Position numbers and translations under genes: made by a program | In this document: positions 49,150-62,079 of the stretch, in pieces | Layout: each line of letters starts with the position of its first letter | How positions within the stretch are numbered: the first letter of the stretch is position 1 | Notes under the pieces: generated by a model | What the model was told of the DNA's origin: nothing | Databases searched by the model: none | What the model saw: only the letters and a program-made list of their open reading frames with translations | NCBI RefSeq assembly: GCF_002571385.2 | Contig: NW_019217960.1 | Span: 130,308 to 194,307, forward strand | Length of the DNA: 64,000 nt | Reading direction: 5' to 3' | Origin: Stylophora pistillata | Taxonomy: Eukaryota

Positions 49150-52100
49150 TTGTTAAAGAACTGCTTATAGACACTGTCAGAATAATTATCTGATATTTTA
49201 AGAAAACTTTTAGGATTTATTCTATTTAAGAGAGCTTACAGGCTTTCAGAGCCATTTTCCCTGCTCATGAGCTCAAGTTTCACCTTCTGACCGTTGTGTG
49301 AAGGGAAAACACTAGACAATTCATAAAGCATTACTTAGTTTTGCACTGACTTGTGACTTACCTGAATTTAGCATTTTAAAGATTAAAACTTTAAGAGGAC
49401 ACAAAGGAGAACATTATGATAAAAATAAGATTTACTTGCTCGTGTAACCATAAGTAGTGTCCTTTCTCCACACAACAGTCAGGTATAAGTTGTAAAGACT
49501 TAGCTCCATAAGGCTCTTGCTTTGAGAGGTAAAAATAAGAGGAGGCTGTACTATCGTACAGAGTATACTGTACGGTTTCTTAGAAGTTATGATCGTGTAT
49601 GAAATCTATAAGCGATTCTTTGACACTGATGCTCAAAGATGTTCTTTAGTTGACAAAATACCGGAGGACTGATATCTTCATTTTGTTATTATAGCTTGTT
49701 TGCATCTACTCTCTCCTTAATTTATAGCGCATGTCTAACACTGCTTGGTGTTTGATGTTGCATTGCATGTTGTAGTTGATAGTTAAAGTCAACCAAATGT
49801 GCCCAAGTGCCTGTCAGCTTCTGATATTTTCCTTATAGTTAGCCAGTTATGTTTTAAGACTATGGGTGGCACTTCGTAATTTACACGCATTTTCTCACTA
49901 TAGTAATAAGAAAAATATATATTTCTTGGGCCTCAAATTAGAATTTAAACTCGAGAAGTGTTATGTTACTGCCATAGAATTAGATAACAACTTTTACTTT
50001 TCATTTGCAAGGGTTGATTAGATTAGGTCTTCATACATTATTTTAAGTTGTGATTACATAATGGTAATGTTCTATGCCCTAATAATTCGATTACTTGAAC
50101 AAAAGTTTGTATTCAAGAGACAACCTATCCGTTTAAATTTTCCTTTACCCCTCCGGGGTTGGTTTTGATATTTTTTGAGGAACCTTGCTGGTCCTTGGAA
50201 ACAAACTTAACGGCCGCTTTCATGTTTATATTTTTGGATTATTCAAAGTGATTATCTTTTAGAGCCTGTGACTTTGTAGGAGAACAAAAGTGAAACAATT
50301 TCCATTTTTAAACAAAAGTGAAACAGACTTATTTAAATCTTAGAAGTGAGTTGAAATAAACTTTAAACGATACTGTGTGATCCAACCGTGACCGAGCCTC
50401 GGTTCAAGAGGGTAGGATACTGAGCACATAACTCCAAACTCTTTCGCGTTATAGTTCAAACTATTTCGAAAGATTGCCTTATTATTAAATTATGCATAGA
50501 CGCTTTCGTGTAGGTGTCAGTTAAACCACTGTTTATGAAAAAGAACATGTACCGTATTCTATACAGCCTTGGATAGAATGTAATCTTTGCATGCAAGTGA
50601 TTTATATTAATTTAAATTTAGAGTAAGTAATCGTTTTATTGAGTCTGTGTGTAAAATTATTTTGAACAATTAACGCGATTTAATTTCGAGGCTCGTTTGC
50701 CGGATTCTTGAAGAAGACTAAACTAGTCTAGTGTTTTGTTTCATCTCTGGGCATATAATTAGCTTTGTTGTTGAAATAAGGCGTCATGGTCGTAGTATTT
50801 GCTATTAAAATTTTTAAATAGCTGTTCTTAGTGAGAAGTGCTTGAGTTTCTTCATCTCATCAATTGATACCCAGGTCGTTCCAGTCTCCCCAGTTTTCGA
50901 GACCTTGAGAGGGATCATCTCCCTCACAGCCGTTATTTGGTTACGCTGGGAAAGGTGCTCAAAACGAGATTAACTATATTAGAAGCAGTAAAAAAAAAAA
51001 CCGCCAACGAATTGTGACGCGCTGCTGTCCAAAATTGACCAATTTGCGAATTTCCTCTTCCGCTGGTTGACTTAGGTGGATTGTAGTCGTGCGGTCGTTG
51101 AATTGGTGACCCTTCATAATGGATTTCATTTAATCCTCTCGACCACAAGAGCATTATATATTTTGGACTAAAGGGGTGGTGATCAGGACGGTCATATACG
51201 TGCAAAGAATAGAGGACAGCATCTGTCTTAATTATTTCATCCTTTCACGCCAATGAGTGATCAATATTGTTTTAGGAGAAAGATGAAACATGCGACGGTA
51301 GATTGTTATTCGGTGTTTATTGACATCTTTCGTCCTGAAAGGGACCTTGTGTAAAATTACATAGAAACGAGAAGAGTAATGCTAATTGTCAGATTGCACT
51401 AGAATTGATACATTGATGGATCTTGAACTGCGAATTCAGGCTACATCTCTGTAAATTTCTCATCTGAAAACTCATACTCGTCTATAGGGTAAGTCATCTA
51501 TTAAAAATCAAGATATACTACATATGTGAAAGTGTGAATAGGACAAGCAATTTTAAGCGTTGCGTTTACGAAAATGGTGAACGGTAAGAATGACCTCTGA
51601 AATTGCTCACTCACCATTAATTCCCCAATCAATCCAACAGGGAAATATAAACAATGTCTTGCTCACGGTTAATGCAAATGATTTTGTTTTAGTACACAAA
51701 CAGCCAAATCCAAGAAGGTCAATTTTTTGCCGTTTACCGTACATGTTTTGCTTAACTTCTCCTACATCGTCATGAGAACTTGAACTATTTTTACGGTATC
51801 TACAATGAAAAAAGGCAGTTGCTTTGTAAGTCCTTTTTAGTTCGTTAACTAAAAAAAACTAGTGAAACAAATCAAAGCCGGTGCAGTCAACTATCAAAAG
51901 TTGTTTTTACAAAATCAACTAGTGTTGACAGTTCACTCTTTGCTCTTATGGATGGTACACAAAGTCGTAAGTTTTTTTCTGAAAAAAAAAAGGAAGAATA
52001 ATAGATTTGTTAAAATCTGTGAGTATGCTATCTGGATAAACTGGTTCAGTCTATTTTGATGCATATTTTTAATCAAATTATTTAGGTTTGGGTATAACAA

Positions 52101-52513
52101 CGTATAAAGATTAGCCTCAGTAACATGAAATATTTTTTTAGCAATTAGTGGAGTCTCAAGGTAAACATGGAGTAATAACATTTCTTGGCTTAGAATTACA
52201 TTCTAGTTCTCAACTGCTCTATCTTTGCAGGTGTGACTGCCTTTGTGGTACGTATCGTTGAGACAATTACCAACTAATAGGATTAACGCCGCAGACCGTA
52301 AAGTTAGTTCGCATATTCTCGATACTGCTCCCTATACACTTCCCATGGTACTGAAAAAGAGAACTTGTTTAATTCTGAAGATTTCCTTTATTCTCACAGT
52401 GGACTTAATGTTTGATTCAGGGACGATGCTGTGGGCGGAAACTAGCTGCTATTCTCTCTTAGGGGTTATGATGTTCAAGAAGACCCCTTTATAACCATGA
52501 CTTTATGGGAGGT

Positions 52514-55500
52514 TTATATTGAAGCACTGAAAAATGCTTCGTTTTTTTTGTTTGTTTGTTTTGTTGTCGTTTCTGATTTAACTACCTTTTCTCTCTCTTC
52601 TTCGTCCTTTTTGCCCTTGTGGAAGTCCCACATCTGCAAAGAAAACATCGAAAATATAGTTTGATTTGGTGTGTTACCCTCAACATTCACTACTATCTGT
52701 GGCTTGGACTGGGGAGGCTCCTTAATTCTGGCCAAATGCTTCATGTGAGTTATACGTTGCCGTTTCCGTAACAAAAAGGTTTTCACATGACAGGGTTGTT
52801 AGCTCTGTGCAAAACCCAAAAGCCCGGGGGTTACCCACCGATGTGAAGGAGCACGTTGCTGCCATACATGCCATGATTTGGCTACGAGATTAGATACCAA
52901 CATAAAAATTCAAAAAAGTACTTTGTTGTCCAACCATACCAACTCACTGATATCTAGTGACAAGAACTTAAATAGATGCATCCCGGATTACTTCTCCTCT
53001 CGATTGTGCGTTTCAACGTCTTTTGTGCGCCATTTGGGAAGCAGAGAGACAAAGGGAACAGAATAACCTTGACTAGCGTCAAGATAAATAATGATACTTA
53101 CTTCCTGGTTGCGGACACAGTAAAAAAGTAGAACCAGTAAGCCCTTCAAAGTAAGTAAAATATAAAGTAAAATAAAATATAAGGTAAAAAATAAGTAGAA
53201 TATCTGGATTTATTATCGTAGTAGAAAACAAATTACGTGTACTCTTGTGTTGAATAGCTTTCTAACTGACAAGAACACTGTATTGCGATGTCCATCAATG
53301 ATAAAATTGAAATGTTTGAAACAGTGAAGCAGTCCTCTTCATAATAAACGGGAGAACATTGAATTCAGTAATAGTTGATGTCTAACTGTGCAACCACATA
53401 ACGGGCAGTCAACCCGGCATTTCATCAGGGATAGTTTCCCCTTGATTCAATACTTTTATCATTTTGGTTATTTGATGTTTCTTTGGTTGTCTGAGACAAA
53501 TTAAAAGTAAACCTTTAGCCAAGCGTGTGGGAACGTTGTAGCCTGCAGCGCAAGCGTATTTTCTGCGAGCGAGTATTCAGTATTTTCGTAACAAAAAATG
53601 GTCGCCATCATTGATTTAAAAGGCAGCGGAAGATTGGGTAGAGAAAGAAATTTGTAATAAGGGGGTGAGTGACTGTCAATTATTTCTCCTTACATTTTCA
53701 ATTCAAATTGAAGCAGAAAAGTGAAGAGAAAAAGGAAAAATATCAATTGAGGGATTATTAGTTGATCAAATACCAGATTCTCCAAAGTAACATCATGAAA
53801 ATGGCGGACTTTAAGAATAAACAATAATGAGATCTAGGGAATGGAACGGCTATTAAGAGAAGAGATTGAGACGATTATCCATCGCTCCTACCTGGAATGT
53901 GTAGAAAACAATGAAGACGTAATGGAAGATCTTCTTGTCCGTGTTGTTCATAGCCAAGATACCAAAAAGCCACGTCATCACAATCACCATCATTAACACT
54001 AATGACGTCATCATCCGACCCCTGCATCGCGTTTGACAATAATTAGTTCTTTAAAAACTTACTTAATATTGCTTTCATTGGCTACTCTGGTTACTCTCAT
54101 AAGGTTGGATAATAGCTTGTGATAGGTCTTTGTGGCTTACCTGGCTTGTTCGATTCTGATGTCATCCGGATCATCTTCCCAGTAAGCGATCTCCTTCGCG
54201 ATAAACGCACGGGCGGCAAGATTCAACTTAAAAAAAAGATTATCAAATAAGTGGAAGTTGATTGAAAGCCTTCCGAGAGGCTTCCGAGAACATGATAAGT
54301 CAATGAGTCAGCAGCTGGTTATTGTGATTGTTGCTAATGCTAACGAAATATTCTTTTAGGATTTAACTATGCAGTGATCGAAAGATAATCCAATTTAATA
54401 TTATCATTATTATTAACACATCCATAGAAGTCAAACTCATATCTTACGAGTAGGCCCTAGTTTTCAGAGCCTAAATAAGCGTGTTTCTTCGCCTTTGAGA
54501 AATTTCCAGGCTTTGAGCAACACGAACCGCCGGGAGGTCTGCAGCACTGCCACCACTGATAATTATTAGTGCCAGGCCCCCCGGCAAACCTCTCACCAAC
54601 TTGTCTCTAATCTCGCCGAAGGCGGAGATTCGCTCTTCCTGTTGCACTGATAATGATGGGCTGCAAGATATTAAACTCACCACTAGAAGAATCAACACTT
54701 GTGTTCCAAAAAACCACGCCTCACCTCCGCGAATAGACATCCAACAACTACAAAGGGTGAAATAAAGATTAGACGGGCGCCCGAGTCTTTCAAATACTTC
54801 CGGTCAGTGCATTTGTGCTCATGGATCGGATTTCTTCGTTCTTATCTTGGAGTCCATCCCATGGTAGTTTCAAAGAAAAGAAAAAAAGCAGACTGTGCGC
54901 GGTGCATTTTATTATATCTGACGAGGTTCTACGCTGGTCGCAATCGTGATGGTCATCGTGTTCCTAGTCTTAAACGTTTATATCATTGGTGTTCAAGTTA
55001 GCGATAGGCGAGATGCTAAATCTGCAAATTGTAATTGTCATTCTCATTAAGTCTAATTTGAAAATTCCTTTAAACCATCAATCAGCAAGTACAATTGAAA
55101 GAACTTACAACTCACTCCTCCCTGGCACACCAAAGTGAGGGTAGGCGAAGTCTGCGCATGCGCTTGCAAAGGCTACAGGTACTCCTGAAAGAACAAGGAT
55201 TTCGAAAGCAAACAGTTTTTTAAGATCAGTCATGCCGCAGTGTAACCAACCGATGCTGATGGCTTATGACTTTATTCTCTTGAAAGATATTCTATAACTC
55301 TTGGTCTTTCGAAGTAAGATTTCGATTTCTGTAGATCTAAAGACACCTAATTCGTCGGATTTCTCGTGAACTCTCCCAAAAATTCCATCCAAACGCCTTT
55401 AATCACCGAAAAACGATGAAGATATAACAAAGCAGATAACAACTCAGTCAGTATGTTGTTCAGATTTGTTATCGTGTTAAAAATTGCATCCAAATTGAAA

Positions 55501-56097
55501 GGTTTAGTCACAGGGTTAAAAAATGAAGAAAATTGAAGGATTCTGTGTAGAACCCTGTAATGAGCTTTTTCAGTCAAAAATCCAATTAACATTTTAATAA
55601 CTTACCCCATCTCACAGCGAAACATTTTAACAACTCACCCCATCCCACAGCGAAATAAAACACGATGGGTACAGTGTTTTTCTCGTTGAACAGCGGCTTG
55701 AGTGTGGAGTAGTAGTACATTGCTTCCATCAGTAACCAAGACAGAGCTGCCAGCTCAAAAAAGTGCACGAAAGGATTGACCACGTCACATGTTTTGGGAT
55801 TGGCGAAATACTATAAGGAGAGTTGCAACGACATTATTTGGTAAAAAGTATGTCGGCATGCTCGGAAAACGAAAAAACGCATCAGTGCGAATGGGGCCTT
55901 GGGGTCCACAAGTCATTAAACGAAGGAAGTTCAGTCGTCGCCAGTCATTATTTGTCAACGTGGGGCGATGGGAGGAGGAGAATTTTTGGGAGGATTACAG
56001 TTTTCAGTGGACCATTTGTAGCCAACAGAGGATGAAGAGAGGACTATAGAAAGTTGATTGCCAATGAGGGGAATACTTAACAATTATTCCACTCGCA

Positions 56098-56137
<40 letters not shown>

Positions 56138-56301
56138 AGCGCTGAGTTGGCTATAATCATCTCATGTCCAACAAGCACGAGTGGAATAATTGTTTTATTT
56201 AAAACGCCCCCAAGATATTAGACAAATCTTACCAAATCTTAAATTTTTTCGCTCCCTTTTAATTTTAAGCTGACGTGTATGCTTACCATATTTGTAGTTT
56301 G

Positions 56302-56335
<34 letters not shown>

Positions 56336-59300
56336 TAATAAAAAGTCTTGAATTGCATTATACAATGATCCAGTTTTTAATCATTCAAATTAAACCTTAA
56401 GGGGTTCAGATGATTTTATCATGACGTTAACAAACACCTCTAAACCCTTTCCTTCGAGGGAGTAATGATCGGTTTCTTAGCGCGGAGAGGATTGGAGTCA
56501 AATTGTGCTCACCGAGTTATGGCCGGTAGATAAACCAATGAAGAAAACCAGCTGACTGAGCAAAAGAGACACGTCAATGTTAAGAGCAATGCGCATGTTG
56601 TCCCTCTGATGATAGCTGAAGTAAAGAATTGCATATCCAATGAGCAGTGAAGCAATGTAAGAATGAAATCACCGTCTATTTTACACAAGTTTACTTTTTA
56701 ATCTTCCTTTCTTTGGTTTTGCTTTTTCTGTTCGGATCATTAAGTTTTCCCCTTGATTATGAGCATATTTCTTGACGAGGCAAATCCAAAATTCTGAAGT
56801 GATAGCTTTAGTGCTATTTATTTCTGCTAGTTAAGGTTGCAAAGCATTTTATGCTTGTATTTAAGGGCCTGTATCAGTTTCCATATCCAATATCGTAGGT
56901 ATTGGATAAGACCTTTGTTAAGACTGGGCGGTAATTTAAAAGAAGAAATGAAACTCTTCTTGACCCTTATTGAGTTTCCTATAAGCTGGTCACGCAACAC
57001 AGTATTTGGTGCTTTTTCCATGTGATAATGGTATTAATGCTTTCTGAAAAAACAGCAGTGTCACGAAAAACTTTCTTACTTGATAACAATGGCGACAATA
57101 GCGCAGATCAGCAAAGCAAGCAAGGAGAATGATCCTAATACAGTAGCCACAGTAACGACCATTTTGCGATCCGCGTCATCCACCTAAGAAGATGAATACA
57201 TGACAAAAAAATTACTTCGCAGCTATTAGCACAGCTTTCAAATTATCGCTTCACACTGATGCAAAAATAAAACCAAATATCCACTGTCCCTCCGGCAATT
57301 CAATTATGAAAACAACAACAATCCCCGAAATGCAGAATCCCAGTGGAGTTTTAAAGAAACCTCCCCTCTTTTAACAAATAGCGCTCAAAATGTTGCGAAT
57401 GTACTTCTCAATGAAAATTTGCCTCACTATACGATTTGCTTTTTTTTTTATTGTTTTCCAAGAAGGTTCTAGCAGTCACTTCGAATTTCCCGCGGCCGCC
57501 ATCTTGAATAGTGCGCAATGCACTCTGGAACGATGACTGGTAATGGTTGCTCGGAGCTCGCGGTGTAGTTTTTCCCTTTTGTTGATGCTATATTGCCGTC
57601 GTTTAAAGAAAGTTTTGGTGAATATGTCACAGATCCTCCCCATTAAAAAAAACACATTTGGAAAGTTTCGAGCGCTATTTATAAAAGAGTCGAGGTTCGA
57701 AATTCCCTTTCCGTTGAAAACAAGGTTGAAGGTTCACCATGGCACTTTCTTCCATGTCCCATAACTTGATTGCCGTAATCGTGCAACCGAACATCATACT
57801 GATTGCACTAATTCATCGCATAAATGCAACTTAATGCAAGCGGTATGGTTCACAGGAGAAGTGCACCAAACTGTCGAATTGCGATAAAACGTGTATCTCA
57901 GAACAGACGTTCAAGTTGTCCCTTTGCTTTTAAACGAGAATAGCGCGCGTGGTCTTTTTCAGCATTGCAGGAGGTTTAAAAGTGGCTCTAGTTGGGATCA
58001 ATGACCAGTTTTACCAGTTTAACAGTTACCTTGAAGATTCGAACAGCCCAAGTGACGGTACGATCAAACCCTCTTTACATTGTATTAAACCACTAACCTT
58101 CTCATTTACACTCATTACCAGCGCGAATGTTGAAAAATGCGTGCATTCACAGACGGTTTCTGATTTGCTGGTTTTTCCAACTTTACAACCATCATTGGAC
58201 CACGCTTTGAGACTAAAATAAAGAAGGTGAAATATTTTTATGTCAAAGGTTCAAGACTCAAAACTCTTCAGCACCACATTATGTTATAAACTTCGACTTT
58301 AGTTTTCCTTTAGTAACAAGCTATGGCGGAAACATTGACGTTTCAGCTAACAGTCATCTTTCATAATGGTGGAGAAAAATCGTTTTCGACTGCCGCATTA
58401 CGACTAGGACAATATATCTTTTTTTAATTCTTTCCCACCCCTACTCACTGGATAACTTGTATGCCTTAGAGAGGATCCGCCGTCAATTGACTGATAACGT
58501 TTTTCTTCGCATATAAAAGGCAACAACAGCGTTCATTTGAGCGAACTCTCATAGATTACGACATGAAATATTACGTTATAAAAAGCACTCATTCCTCTTA
58601 CCTTCTATTCCAGTAAACGCATTTTGGATCAAAATGATCTTCAGTGATCTGTAGAAAATAAAGATTTAGGTCGAGTTCCATAAAATGTATGAAGTTAACC
58701 TCAACGAAATGTTCATAAATCACAGGATCTATTTGATCCTACCAACCATACCGTTCTGATTGGGACTTTCTCTTGTAGTGTCCTAATTCTTACTTTGGCG
58801 CGATTTATTTAAGGAAAATGAAAAACTCAGTTAAACGACATAAAGAAAAAAAGCTGACATGTTATTTAGAAGACGTCCTTAAGCAATAAATGCTGGCATG
58901 CAGTGTCTGGGTGGCGAGCAGGCGCTGGCCAAAATCACTCCTGCCCGGCAGGCTCGGTAAATGCTAGAAGTGCATGACCACAGTTAGGGTAGAGTATATT
59001 AGTATATACTAAAACAGTGGATAGCGTTGAAGGCGCGCTCTGATTGGCTAGTCAAACTCCGAATATCCTTTGCTATTTACCTCCGAGCAACTCGGGAAAA
59101 AATGGCGCCCCGTTTGCATCCGTGACAAGCGAAGAAATCACTCAAATTAACGACGGTAGTGTATATTGTCTCACTGTTTTAGTATATACTAAAACAACTA
59201 TTCACCGAAGTGGAGGTGGTTAGTGGTGGATATTTACCGAGCTGCGAAGCGGCTCGGTAAATATCCACCACTAACCACCTCCACTTCGGTGAATAGTTGT

Positions 59301-62046
59301 TAACTGTTCTTGTAAATCCTTTACCACACATTGACGTATCGATGTTTTATTGAAAGAGCTTACATGAAGATGTTGCAGCGTGATCAAGACTGGTTTTGTC
59401 ATTGGTCCACGCAGCATTCTACTTTTGTCTTTATGAAGAAATTTCGCGGACAGCAAGTTGCTGTTGATTCGTCTCTTTGGAACTTTCTTTCGGGTCATGA
59501 GTTTGTCACCAATCACGTACAGTTCAGACATAGCTGAACCTGGAATATGGCTACAAACCGAAAATAGATGACTTTATTTAATGGAGCTTCTTCACGATAT
59601 CTAAATTTGGTGTTAAGGAGGGGCTAGGGGAGTTGGGAGTGACGTACAAAACTTACATGTATTCAACTAAATATTAGCGCGATAAAATGAAAAAAAAAAG
59701 AAAAAATTCCAAGAATCAAGAAGAAACAAGGATACAGCTTGTAATGGAGAAAATGAAAACAGATTGCCAATACAAATCAAACTTTTAAAATTAAAGCATT
59801 TTCCATTTCATAAGGAAGTAGAACGTAGCAGCAACAAAAGGCGATGGAACCCAGTTTAACCGATCATATAGATTATCAATCCAATGCTCAACAAGCCTGT
59901 GTAACAAAAAAAGTAAGCTTACTTGTCCTGCCAAGCCATCATGTCTTTATCCAGATATGATCCTCCCATGACATCTGGTAAAATGGCGACAGAATACATG
60001 ACATCCCCTGTACAGAAAATAAGATCTATTAGAGCATGTGAAATGCAATGCCTGAATTTCGGTAGTCCGGTCAGAAATTGCCTTTGTTGGAACATGCTTT
60101 GTACTGTTCCATGTAAATATTTCTTCAGACTCACCGAAGAAAAGTAAAGAAAATGTAATATCTTATTGCTCATGCACAAATTTTGGTCTTTTGCCAATCT
60201 TTCGTGGGAAACCAATTCGTCACGTAGAATAACTGACGCAAAATAATTCTCAAAGTAAAATTCTGTTGAAGATTGCAGTAGCTCCAAAGTTATGAGCCCA
60301 CAAAGAGGAGAAGAACCTGGAATCTTGAAAAGTGGCCGAGGCAACCGGATTTCTCGCTCAGAAAACTTGGTTGGGAAAACATTGTTTAAGAGTCTAGATC
60401 TGTTTTTAATGCTCTTTGGTTGAGTGAATTGATCAAAATAGAATAACATAATGCTTTTAATATATTTAAATAACACTGTTTTCGCCGTCCCTTTCTCTTC
60501 TAGCGTTTTTACCGGATAGAGGAAGCTCTTCCAATGGGAAAGCAACCGAATCACCCATAGCCTTCCACTTGTCAGTGAATTCTGGGTGAGAGTAGCTGGG
60601 AAATATGAGTGCAGGTTTCTCGGTGCTGTTTTTCTTTTCTCCACAGTTAAAAAGACCGACCTCCATAGCTGAAAGCAAAAAATAAATCAATTAATTATTA
60701 TTTTGTGCTGGTAGATATATCATGGACGCATTTCCTTTGCTTATCCTTTACAGCTGGCTCGTTCGAAATTAAATGAAGGGCATCTCAAATAGCTTCCTCA
60801 ATACAACAGCATGATACGACTGCCACGCTGTTGTTGAAAAACAATCGATGATCACATGATATCAAATAACCAATTTGATAGGTCAGTTCACACATGAACG
60901 GAGAAACAGCTTCAACAGTAGGGTGGTTACAGGCTCAGTATTTTATCGCACTCCTCTTCTCGCATGTGACTCGCGCTTCTGGAGGCTCCAACACGCTCTT
61001 GCTCGTTGTCTTGAGCGTAAATAAAAAAACAAAAGGTCCGCAATGCGTATTTTAAACCGCTCCTTTACTCCTTTACGGAACTAGATCAACAGTGATGACA
61101 TATAGCACTGTCATTAAGAGAATTTTCTACTTGTTAAGTATTAAGAAGTATATCTAGATTTTTTTCTCAAGGTCTCAGGGGCTGAGATCCTTACCCATAT
61201 TATCCGTGATGATTACTTCAGTCTTGTTTACATCATTAGCCTTTATTGTCTTTGCGAGGGACATTCCCAGGTCCATGACATGTTCTGGGACGTCCATGTT
61301 TGGAAAAGAAAAATTTTCTGGCTTGTCCTAAAAAAAGCAGAAAGGGGAGAGTCGCAAAATCCTTCCCTTCCAAATTAATTGGATGATTTTACGAATGTAG
61401 CTCCCATTGCTTGCCTATATTCGTACGTAAGCATCCGAGAAATCTACCATGCGCTCATTAAAGGAGAACTGTCCTATTCGTACTAGCACATTTTTTGTTA
61501 CCGTAAATTGTCCTTGTTGGACGCTCTAAGCTCGAAACAGTCGGTAAGTTTTGTTGTGTTTCATGTGCATTGTAACTTCGCTTGCTAAAGTGCACTTTCT
61601 GTCCGCAGAAAACCTACCTTATTGGTTCGATTATGGAAACATTTGTGAAAATAAATGGTTGAGTTTTTGAATTCAAAGCAAGATCTTATGTGTTTCTGCG
61701 AAATACGTAATAACGAAGTTGTTGTTGTAGAAATGAACGGCAGCTATGTATTGATCCTTTGAACTTTTAAAATTTTCTTGTGATATTTTAAGCGAATCTT
61801 AAACTTAAATAACGAGGAGTTGGCCAAAGCATGGCGGGCATCTCCCAATAGTGTCAGTAAAGTTAAAAGAAGATTTATTCCTATAGGGAATAGATTATTT
61901 CATGCAGCTAGCAACGCCAGTTAATGTTTAAGAAATGTATGAAAGCGATCCTCGCAGTAATGAACACTTCTTAAGTAGTAATGAAAATAAGGTCTGAAGA
62001 AAATTCAGACCTCTGCGATACCGGTGCAGTGCTCTACCAACTGAGC

Positions 62047-62079
<33 letters not shown>

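Noticed and set aside
58335-58365. GAAACGTC hammerhead-like remnant on - strand
   Set aside because: No CUGANGA core, too degenerate to call.
59919-60644. 241-aa ORF as a single exon
   Set aside because: It spans an intron of the adhesion GPCR. Only 60007-59923 is in the true frame.
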